A stretch of 63,975 nt of DNA, counting the filler, from an uncultured Methanoregulaceae archaeon (lineage in GTDB: Archaea > Halobacteriota > Methanomicrobia > Methanomicrobiales > Methanospirillaceae), in the NCBI GenBank assembly GCA_964530035.1. It is 7 parts of 7 records of this genome, joined end to end, with 100 filler letters (N's around TTAATTAATTAA, not from the genome) between each part and the next. Parts side by side here need not be neighbours in the genome. Positions count along the whole stretch, not along the records: positions 29,942 to 39,475 come from CAZGXZ010000096.1; positions 39,576 to 49,079 come from CAZGXZ010000097.1; 5 more parts are not named here. One strand, written 5' to 3'. The notes beneath the pieces were generated by a model. It did no database searches. It had not been told where the DNA came from and saw nothing but the letters and a program-made list of their open reading frames with translations. The number at the start of each line of letters is the position of its first letter. Position 1 is the first letter of the stretch. The position numbers and the translations under genes are program-made. Shown here piece after piece: positions 31,708 to 40,979 of the stretch.

Positions 31708-31940
31708 GGAAGAACCAGTTTCTCGGAGGGGTTATAATCCCTGCGACTCAGGGGTGGTGGAGGGATGAAAGGAAAGAAACAGGGAGGTGCCGGGAGACCC
31801 CTGCGATAGCAGGGGAATCAACGCCCTCGTGCCCCGTTTTTCACGTTGAAAACGGGGCTGTTCTCGTCGTGCCTGGGCTTTTATTCCCGAAACCTCCGTC
31901 GCTCCGGTGGTCGTCGGTATCCCGTCGGTGATAGTACCGT

Positions 31941-34761
31941 TTATCGGGGGATTGGTATTATTCCTCCGATCGGCTTTTGTATGGAACCGGTCCCTGTTGA
32001 GACTGGCGTCCCTTCATGGTGCTCATTCCACATCGAGGATAAACTGGATAGATCTATCCCGGTGGGCAGGGTTCCAAGCTGGGTCTTCGGCATGCAGGTA
32101 CAACTTAAATCGGCTTGTGGGAACGGCGTCTCATCCTCATCGCACTGGGTGTTCGCACAGGCACACGAAACGATTGTTGTTTTGAACATCGAGTCGCAGG
32201 TTTTCTGGCACGTGTTGAAGACCATCTCGGTTGCCTTTACTTCATTCGTAACCTTTGCTCCGGAGAGCTGGTTGAACTTACTCGTTCCTGTTGAGGATGT
32301 TCCCGTCGTGGCGCTCTGGGTGCAATTCTTGTAACAGTCGAGGCAGGATGGCTGGACGGTTGTACCACCCGGGTTGGCCAGCATTGACCCGGTACAGATA
32401 CAGTTCCCGTTCGCATCAGGGGATGCCGTCATTCCCGCGGCACAGTTGGCATTGGTGCAGTCTGATAACACCGACATGGTACACATGCAGTCCCCGTTCA
32501 CCATGCCTGCCGTCGTCCCCTCCGGGCAGTCATCCTGGCTGCAGGCCTCCGAAACAAAGGTTTCCATGCACCGGCAGACTCCGCACGAGTCGAGACTGCC
32601 TGATGCCGGGCTTGGGCACTGCTGGTTGCAGGCGGCAGCGTCAAGCGTCCCGGTCACACACCATGACGTGCCATCTNNNNNNNNNNGTCTGCCCCATGGG
32701 ACACTTGTTAGCACAGAAAGTGAGGTCCTTGCAAGTACAGTCTGATGCCTCCATGGCCAGGGCATAGCAGGTGCCGGGGGTCATGACAGAAGTCGCAGTG
32801 GACGAAGTGCCCCCCTCAGTACCCTTTTTAATGGTTGCCATTTCCGTGGATACACTGTCGCTGGTTTTCCACTGGAAATTCCCCGAGGCCTTTACATTTG
32901 AATTCGCGGGATCGTTGCAGGTCGTCCAGGCGATGCCGCACAACCCCTCTCCGCAACCGGAGAAACATGTTTTCAGGGCGTTTCCTGAAAGGCCCTTGTT
33001 GTTACAGTCATCGATACAGCTATTGCAGTCCCCGGTCCTTGGTATGGACGGACATGTGCAGTCCTGGTCCATGAGACACTGGGAATAGGCGTCGATGGCT
33101 GCCGAACCTGCTGCCCCCGATGACGAGGCCTGGTCCCAGCAGTACTGGCACCTCCCCTCATTTTTCATCAAGAGCCCGAGGACCGAACCACCTAAATAAC
33201 AGTCATTCAGGCAGTTCATGCGGTCAGACCTGCTGGTCGTGTCGTTGCCCTGGTAGTTGTCATTGCACTGCTGGATGCAGGTGTCACAGGTTCCTGATGA
33301 TGAAGGGCATGAACACCCGTTTTGCTCTATGCAGGTTGCATATCCTCCAAGCGGATCGCTCGGGTTGGGGTTGCTTCCACTTGGGAAATTCTCATGTGCG
33401 CAGGACCTGCATACCTTCACTCCTTGTGCGGTCGAAAGGCCGCTCTGATCCACTCCCGGACACTGGTTGATGCAGGTGATCATTTTAATGGCATCAGATT
33501 CAGTTGAACCCGAAACCGATGACTTGCATTCCTCAATACAGCTGGTGCAACTCCCTGACTCAGAAGGCGTCATGATCGTACGCGGACGGGTAGGTGTCAC
33601 CGTCGGTACAGGCTGCGTGGTTTGTGCCTGGGCCTGGTGCTCGCAGGGCTCACAGGTCCGGTTGAACGAGAGCATCCTCGATACAAGGACACGGGCGGCT
33701 TCCTGCTCGTGGTATTTCGTATTGGAGTATACCTTGCCGATATAGGACTCCTTCTGCCATGCCGACGGGTCGCCGTACAGGTACACTTTTCCACAGCCAA
33801 GGCCGTTGACTCCTATCGCGACCGGGAGGCTCCCTTCCGGCTGGACCACCGGGGAGAACTTCGTGTTCTTCGGCGAGGTGAAGGTGGTGCTGTCTGCCCG
33901 GACGAGCCAGCTCGTTGTCCCGGGTTCGACTGACAGGCCGTGGAAGTATGCGAAGGTGCTCGATTTCATCTCAGGCTTCAGGTTCCCTGCCGGGAGCCAG
34001 ATGTCAGGCAGCTTTCCGGAAAAGACCTGGGTGCCTGCATTCTTCGAATCCATCAGGTCAAGGACATCGCCTGAAATCTTGCCCTCGGTGAACCTTCCCT
34101 CGACATGGATGCCTTCGAGCAGGTCATTTACCACGTCTGCCGAGGCATACGTCGTCTTCATATCCCCGTTGTAGGTCGTCTGGTCCTTTCCGCCCATGAA
34201 CTGCTGGGCCATGACGAGCAGCGTGTTGCCTCTCAGTACGAAGCAGGCTATCGCTTCCTTTTCCTCGGCCGTGAAATAGACCGGACCGTTTTTCCCCTTG
34301 TCAGGCTGCGCGACGATATAGAGGTCGGCGTTGATGAGGTCGGAAGCTGTCACCGGCTTCTTCGTGAGCACGTTGACCTCATACCCCTGGGCCCTCATGT
34401 CCTTCGCCCAGTCCTGCCAGTCGAAGACCCGGGAGTTCGAGGACTTGTCGAGGTTCGTTGAAACAATCCCGTCGATCTTCACCCGTTCTGCATGGCCGAG
34501 GTCGACGAGGATCCGGTACTTGTGCAACGGCGGGTCATCGGTCACGCACCAGGTCTCGTTCCATGGGCATGGGACGGTCAGGATGTTCCATGAAGAAGGG
34601 TTTAACAGGACGTTGTTATTACTAGAAGTAACCTTTTCAGGGACGGCGAATGACAGGGCGCCCACCCCGAGAAGACCGGCTGAAACCGAGTACACCACGA
34701 TGACAGCCAGGACGGCGGCTCCAAGCACCCACCGTACACCAAAGCGTTCAAATGCAAGCAT
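31941..34761 (-). CDS. secreted Cys-rich protein, tandem paralog A (GATase-like/DUF4350-like N-domain + variable Cys-rich modules); spans gap 32677-32686
   Basis: Colinear with paralog B on both sides of the 10-N gap. Signal peptide and GGGGAGGA RBS before ATG 34761. Confidence 0.8.
33683..34537. repeat. ~855 bp direct repeat, apparently identical to 36733-37587
   Basis: Line-by-line match at offset 3050. Identical shadow ORFs at 33806/36856 and 34105/37155. Confidence 0.93.
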
Positions 34762-35135
34762 GGGAATCCTCCCCTGCGACAACCTTCTATTGTACCGGCA
34801 TAAGGATTTGCCCGGCATTAATGGAATGCATCTGTTGGAAGACTCCGGTGGTTCAGGAGAGATATGTGTTGTCGTGCCCGGTTTTTTCCGTCGAAAATGG
34901 GGCAATCCTCGTCGGACTTGGAGTCTTCATTGTCGCGCTCACTATTTTGCCGGTCATTATCGGTATCCCGTCGGTATGCCACTGGTCATTTCGGTACTAA
35001 TTTTAGTTTTTGGAGCGGCTCTGGTATGGAAGGGGTTAAGACTATAAGAGAATTTACCAGGTTCGCGGTTGAGATTAAACATATTTCTTGAAACTACCAT
35101 TCCGGCGCTAAAAAAGGATTTTGGGATATAAAATT

Positions 35136-37811
35136 CTAGGTACAGACCGTCCTCCAGCCCTCGCAGCAATATGGTGGATATTTCGTATAACACCAGCCTA
35201 AACACTCCTGATGGCAGTTCTGTCCAGATCCACCTGTTGCTCCTCCCGATGGGCTGACCGGTGTCCCCTCCCGGTGTTCTGTCCATTGGTTCTGTAATGC
35301 CGCGAGATCGATGGTAGTACCGGATGTGGTCAGAGTCTGCACACAATTACAGGACAGGTCGCTTGTTGGTACAGCAGTCTCCCCTTCCTCACATTGTGTA
35401 TTCGCACAGGCACAGGAGGCTAACGTGGTCTTGAACTGGGTGTCGCACTTCTTCTGGCATGTGTTAATGACCATCTCGGATGTCTTCACCTCCTCAGGGA
35501 CCTGTGCATTCCCGTAGAGGTGGGTGAAGTCCTTCGCACCCGTCGAGGAGCTCTCGATGCAGGCCCGGTAACAGTCAAGGCATGCAGACTGGGTGGTCGT
35601 GCCACCGGGGTTGACGAGGGAAGTCCCGGTACAGATGCAGTTACCGTTCACCAGGGTCCCGGTCATTCCCTCCGGGCAATCAGCATCGGTGCATGAGGCG
35701 ACCGTGCGTGCATTGCACCGGCAGGTACCGCATTCGTCAACGGCCCCGGCCGAAGATGCACACATCTTGCTGCAGCTGGCGTCGTCGGCCAGGGTGCCTG
35801 ACACACAATGATAGGTGCCGTCAGCATTGACTACCTCGGTCTGTCCTACGGGACACCTGCTGGCACAGAAGGTAAGGTCGCTGCATTCGCATCCTGATGT
35901 CTGCATGGCCATAGCGTAGCAGGTGCCCGGTGATACGGTGACGACGGTATCACCACCCACAAACCTCTCGGTGTCCTTTTTGACAGAGGCCATTTCCGCG
36001 GACGTGCCGTCATCCGCCACCCAGCGGAAATTACCCGTGGTCACGACGTTCGCAAAGGCAGGGGTGTTGCAGTTCGTCCAGGCCGTGTCACACAACCCCT
36101 CTCCGCACCCTGAGAAACAGGTCTTCAGGGCGTCACCAGTGAGGCCCTGTGTGTTGCAGTCATCGATGCAGGTATTGCAGTCACCGGTTGTCGTTGAACT
36201 GCAGGCACTCCCATCAGGATTTCGGCACTGCGCCCTGCAGGCATCGGTAGTGCAGGCACCAAGGCAGGTGTTGCAGTCCACAGGCGGACAGGTGCAGTCA
36301 TAGTCGATCAGGCACTGGGAATAGGCGTCAATGGCGGCTGAGCCGGTTGCACCTGATGCCGATGCCAGGTCCCAGCAGTACTGGCACTTTGCACTACCCA
36401 CCATTCCGAGTATAGCCCCTCCACCTGAATAGCAGTAGTTCAGGCAGTTCATGCGGTTCGACATGCTAAGTGGATCGGTGCCCTGGTAGTTGTCGTTGCA
36501 ACCCTGGATACAGGTATCACAGTTCCCGAACGGAGTCACCGTGGGGGTCACGGTTGGTGTTGGTGTAGGGGTCCGTGTCCGTGTACGGGTCACGGTCGGA
36601 GTGGGAATGGGAGTGTCAAAAGGCCGGTAAGGGGTAACCCGCGTAGTCACTGTGGGTACAGGCTGCGTGGCTTGTGCCCTGGCCTGTTCCTCGCAGGGCT
36701 CGCAGGTCCGGTTGAACGAGAGCATCCTCGAGACAAGGACACGGGCGGCTTCCTGCTCGTGGTATTTCGTATTGGAGTATACCTTGCCGATATAGGACTC
36801 CTTCTGCCATGCCGACGGGTCGCCGTACAGGTACACTTTTCCACAGCCAAGGCCGTTGACTCCTATCGCGACCGGGAGGCTCCCTTCCGGCTGGACCACC
36901 GGGGAGAACTTCGTGTTCTTCGGCGAGGTGAAGGTGGTGCTGTCTGCCCGGACGAGCCAGCTCGTTGTCCCGGGTTCGACTGACAGGCCGTGGAAGTATG
37001 CGAAGGTGCTCGATTTCATCTCAGGCTTCAGGTTCCCTGCCGGGAGCCAGATGTCAGGCAGCTTTCCGGAAAAGACCTGGGTGCCTGCATTCTTCGAATC
37101 CATCAGGTCAAGGACATCGCCTGAAATCTTGCCCTCGGTGAACCTTCCCTCGACATGGATGCCTTCGAGCAGGTCATTTACCACGTCTGCCGAGGCATAC
37201 GTCGTCTTCATATCCCCGTTGTAGGTCGTCTGGTCCTTTCCGCCCATGAACTGCTGGGCCATGACGAGCAGCGTGTTGCCTCTCAGTACGAAGCAGGCTA
37301 TCGCTTCCTTTTCCTCGGCCGTGAAATAGACCGGACCGTTTTTCCCCTTGTCAGGCTGCGCGACGATATAGAGGTCGGCGTTGATGAGGTCGGAAGCTGT
37401 CACCGGCTTCTTCGTGAGCACGTTGACCTCATACCCCTGGGCCCTCATGTCCTTCGCCCAGTCCTGCCAGTCGAAGACCCGGGAGTTCGAGGACTTGTCG
37501 AGGTTCGTTGAAACAATCCCGTCGATCTTCACCCGTTCTGCATGGCCGAGGTCGACGAGGATCCGGTACTTGTGCAACGGCGGGTCACCGTTCACGCACC
37601 AGGTCTCGTTCCAGGGACATGGGACGGTCAGGAGACTCCATGAAGAAGGGTTCAAAAGGACGTTATTACTGCTGGTAGGGACCTTTTCCGGGACGACAAA
37701 TGGCAGGGCGCCCACCCCTAACAGGCCGGCTGAGACCGAGGAGACAACGATGACAGCCAGGACGGCGGCTGCGAGCACCCACCGTACACCAGAGCGTTCA
37801 AAAGATAGCAT
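35136..37811 (-). CDS. secreted Cys-rich protein, tandem paralog B (891 aa)
   Basis: Signal peptide, then RILVDLGH..GYEV..ADLYIVAQP..EEKEAI..FV..GNTLLV (class I GATase-like fold), Thr/Pro linker and CxxCxxxC modules. Confidence 0.88.
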   Translation of the reverse strand: MLSFERSGVRWVLAAAVLAVIVVSSVSAGLLGVGALPFVVPEKVPTSSNNVLLNPSSWSLLTVPCPWNETWCVNGDPPLHKYRILVDLGHAERVKIDGIVSTNLDKSSNSRVFDWQDWAKDMRAQGYEVNVLTKKPVTASDLINADLYIVAQPDKGKNGPVYFTAEEKEAIACFVLRGNTLLVMAQQFMGGKDQTTYNGDMKTTYASADVVNDLLEGIHVEGRFTEGKISGDVLDLMDSKNAGTQVFSGKLPDIWLPAGNLKPEMKSSTFAYFHGLSVEPGTTSWLVRADSTTFTSPKNTKFSPVVQPEGSLPVAIGVNGLGCGKVYLYGDPSAWQKESYIGKVYSNTKYHEQEAARVLVSRMLSFNRTCEPCEEQARAQATQPVPTVTTRVTPYRPFDTPIPTPTVTRTRTRTPTPTPTVTPTVTPFGNCDTCIQGCNDNYQGTDPLSMSNRMNCLNYCYSGGGAILGMVGSAKCQYCWDLASASGATGSAAIDAYSQCLIDYDCTCPPVDCNTCLGACTTDACRAQCRNPDGSACSSTTTGDCNTCIDDCNTQGLTGDALKTCFSGCGEGLCDTAWTNCNTPAFANVVTTGNFRWVADDGTSAEMASVKKDTERFVGGDTVVTVSPGTCYAMAMQTSGCECSDLTFCASRCPVGQTEVVNADGTYHCVSGTLADDASCSKMCASSAGAVDECGTCRCNARTVASCTDADCPEGMTGTLVNGNCICTGTSLVNPGGTTTQSACLDCYRACIESSSTGAKDFTHLYGNAQVPEEVKTSEMVINTCQKKCDTQFKTTLASCACANTQCEEGETAVPTSDLSCNCVQTLTTSGTTIDLAALQNQWTEHREGTPVSPSGGATGGSGQNCHQECLGWCYTKYPPYCCEGWRTVCT

Positions 37812-37952
37812 GGGAATCCTCCCCTGTCACAACGTTATATTATATTTACATAATACTTTGCCCGGCGTTGATGGAATGCACCAGCGAGGGAAGAAATCCA
37901 GGAAAAGGATTTCCCTGTTCCTTGTGATTTCAAAAAAGGATATGAAAAGGAA

Positions 37953-39475
37953 TCAGGTGCATACCTGCTCGTATCGGGCACACCGGAAGGGATCAGTGTA
38001 CCAGGCGACGCATTGCTGGCGACATGTCGGGCTGGTTGATGTATCCGATGGAGTCCCTTCGTGGTGCTCAGACCATTGACTTGAATAATCCGGGAAACCG
38101 GAGGATATAGTACCGGTACCCGTGGAAAGCGTCTTCACACACTCACAGGTAAAGTCACTTTTCGGGGTGGCGATTTCACCAGCATTACATTGAGTACTCC
38201 CACAGACACATGAGGCCAGGGTGGTCTTGTACTTGGTATCACAGTTCTTCTGGCATGTACTGGTCAAAGCTTCCCGGGTCTTGCTGATTGCAGTGACTGA
38301 CCCTTTCTGGGTTGTCGAGGAAGCAGAACAGTTCCTGTAGCAATCAAGGCACCCGGATGACTGGGGATTGGCCGGGACATTGCCTGAACTTCCCATGCTC
38401 TGGCATGTGCATATTCCGTTTACAAGCGATGGTGTCTTCCCCGGGTCACACACCATTTCACTGCAGCCGGTTGAGACCTGGCGCTGGGAACACCGGCAGT
38501 AATTGCATGCATCAAGCGTCCCGGTCTGAGGGGCAGGGCACAAACTGCCGCACCGTGTACTGTCCATGGTCCCGGCCACGCACTGGGTATTCCCGTCGAC
38601 ATCGACGAGCGTGCCAGCGGGGCACGGGCTATAGCAGAATTCAGGAAGAACCTCGCAATTACAGGTGGAATCCTCCATTGCCTGGTAGTAGCAGGTTGGC
38701 TGGGGAACTCCGTTCACGCTCACCCGATAGGAATCCTTGCAGGTATTCCAAGCTTTATCACAGAGACCTGTACCTCCGCATGTCGCGTAACACGCCTTGA
38801 GTGAGTCCCCTCCAAGGAGCCGGCCCGCGGAGTCCTTCTTGCTATCACAGCCTGATATGCAGGGAAGGCAGCCTCCTCCGGATGATTCACAGGGACTACC
38901 GTCATTTTTCGTGCATTGCATCACACAGGTAAGGTTTCCCTTGCAGACTCCCAGGCATGTAGTGCAATCGCATGTCTTTGGGAACTGCTCCTGGCACTGT
39001 TTGACGCAGGTTATCGGGTTTCCGTTTGAACAGCTCTTCAGGCAGTCATCGCAGCTGGCAAACTTGGGCAGTTCCGGGCACAAACACGCATTTTTCTTGA
39101 TGCATTCACTGTACTGGATGGACGAAGTCGGCGTTCCCGGGGAGATGCATGCGGAACAACCCCCGTCCATACCGCTGTAACGGCTGTCACCCGGAGTAAT
39201 ATCACCGCTGACATGGCAGGTCGATGCGAGACAGTTCAGTAATGAAGAAAAGACTCCCTGTGAGGTATTATAACACGTATCGACACAGCTGTCACAACTT
39301 TTTACCTGGACCGGGGTCACGGTGGTCCTCGGGCGTAGTATTGTCACCCTGGTCGTTGGCGAAGTGACCGGGTTCGACTGGGTCGACCCCTGGCTCATGC
39401 AGGGTTCACAGGTCCTGTTGAACGACAGCATCCTCGAAACAAGGACACGGGCCGCATCCTGCTCATGATAAACCG
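37953..39475 (-). CDS. secreted Cys-rich protein, tandem paralog C (5' partial)
   Basis: Frame is open to the contig end with YHEQDAARVLVSRMLSFNRTCEPC. Shares the CLDCYRNC, TCQK.CD..FK/YKTT and W.EH.EGTP blocks. Confidence 0.85.
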
Positions 39476-39819
39476 NNNNNNNNNNNNNNNNNNNNNNNNN
39501 NNNNNNNNNNNNNNNNNNNTTAATTAATTAANNNNNNNNNNNNNNNNNNNNNNNNNNNNNNNNNNNNNNNNNNNNCTTTGATCCTCTGCTTGTTAAAAGT
39601 AAAAGCCAAAAAATCGACTCTATTAAAATGCAATGAACGGGAGTTCACACCAGAACCATGAAAATCCCCATATAAATTCTCGATATTTGAGGTCATTTTT
39701 AGCATTCTCATAGGAAATCCTATCATTGGAATTGCAACTGATGGAGATCTCTCATAAGGGGTGAATAAAAGTGAAGATGTGGAGGATTTCAACCAAGCCC
39801 ATTTTTTTTCAAAAAAGGT

Positions 39820-40419
39820 TCAGACCGGGATGATCCGGCTGCCGTATACATCGTTGATGACCTGGCCAAGCCCCATGACCAGGGCAAGGAGGCCTGTCAC
39901 GATCCCGACAACCCCGGCCAGCGCGAGGACACCGCCCGTCGTGACAAACTGGGCGACCACGAGGAGCATGAACGTGACCACCAGGAGCAGGAGAGTCACC
40001 TGCAGCGCCCGGTGCATCCTGAGGGAGCAGACAAAGAGGCCTGCGGCAAATACGCCCCATATGAACAGGAACGATGCGAGCTCCATCGGGCCAGGCGCTT
40101 TTGCAAGGTTCATGGCCGGCAGCATCAGCAGGCCCGCAAAGGATATCCAGAAGAAACCGAAACTCGCGAAGGTCAGGCACCCGAACGTGTTGTTCTTCTT
40201 CCATTCCATGATCCCGACGATGACCTGTGCGAGCCCTCCATAGAACAACGCCATGGCGGTGATGGGGCTCGCAAGCGCCATCATGCCCGCGTTGTGGAAG
40301 CTGAGCAGGATCGTCGTCATTCCAAAGGCGCACAGCCCCATCGGTGCGGGGTTCGCCGTGCTGTCGATGATAAAAAGGTCATTTCGTTTCAAGGTATCCG
40401 GTTCAGGCATCTGTTTCAC
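39820..40419 (-). CDS. satP: acetate uptake transporter (SatP/YaaH/Gpr1 family)
   Basis: ANPAPMGLCAFGMTT, FYGGLAQ..GIMEWKKNNTFG and FGFFW motifs. Six TM segments. Confidence 0.93.
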   Translation of the reverse strand: MKQMPEPDTLKRNDLFIIDSTANPAPMGLCAFGMTTILLSFHNAGMMALASPITAMALFYGGLAQVIVGIMEWKKNNTFGCLTFASFGFFWISFAGLLMLPAMNLAKAPGPMELASFLFIWGVFAAGLFVCSLRMHRALQVTLLLLVVTFMLLVVAQFVTTGGVLALAGVVGIVTGLLALVMGLGQVINDVYGSRIIPV

Positions 40420-40976
40420 GCTCCGCTGCCCTGTACGTCCTGTACAGTGTAAACCTCTCTGATCTCCTTCAGGATACGACGGATATCAATCCATATGACA
40501 AGTTCCGTCACATCCCTTTCTTTTACCCTGCTTGACTTCCTGATAATACCTACGATGTGACTACTCCCCATGCTGACCGAGGCAGCTCCCTGGTCTACCT
40601 GGTCCCGGGTGAAGGTCGAAACGGAGAGTACGTCATCGACCATGATCCCGGTCTTGTGGGAGGTAATCGCCTCGTCGAGGACGATGATGCGGGAATCCGT
40701 CTCTTCGGCACCTTCATTGCCCCTGATGTTCAGCAGGTCCTTGATATCGATGATCGTCGTGATCTCTCCCCGGAGGTCGATGATGCCCCTGATGTAGGAC
40801 GGGGCGTTGGGGAGCCGCGTGATCCGCGTGTACTCAACGACCTCCCGGACGTCGAAGAGGTCGATTGCGAAGTGCTCCCGTCCCAGGCGGAACTCGACAA
40901 CCTGCACCGGCTCAGTCCCCGCCGGGCCGGCAGTCCCCCTCTCCTGCCCGGTGGCCTGTACCATTTCAGCCTCCAC
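40416..40976 (-). CDS. cheW: chemotaxis adaptor CheW
   Basis: VVEFRLG, VREVV, ITRLPNAP..IRGIIDLRG and GIMVDDV motifs. Confidence 0.95.
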   Translation of the reverse strand: MEAEMVQATGQERGTAGPAGTEPVQVVEFRLGREHFAIDLFDVREVVEYTRITRLPNAPSYIRGIIDLRGEITTIIDIKDLLNIRGNEGAEETDSRIIVLDEAITSHKTGIMVDDVLSVSTFTRDQVDQGAASVSMGSSHIVGIIRKSSRVKERDVTELVIWIDIRRILKEIREVYTVQDVQGSGA

Positions 40977-40979
40977 AGG

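Noticed and set aside
32677..32686. Apparent frameshifts in paralog A, the beta-helix gene and PEBP copy 1
   Set aside because: Each coincides with a placeholder N gap of arbitrary length, so it is not evidence of pseudogenisation or programmed frameshifting.
31941..39475. Diversity-generating retroelement or multiheme cytochrome explanation for the array
   Set aside because: No reverse transcriptase is present in the window, no adenine-specific template/variable repeat pair was seen, and there are no CxxCH motifs.
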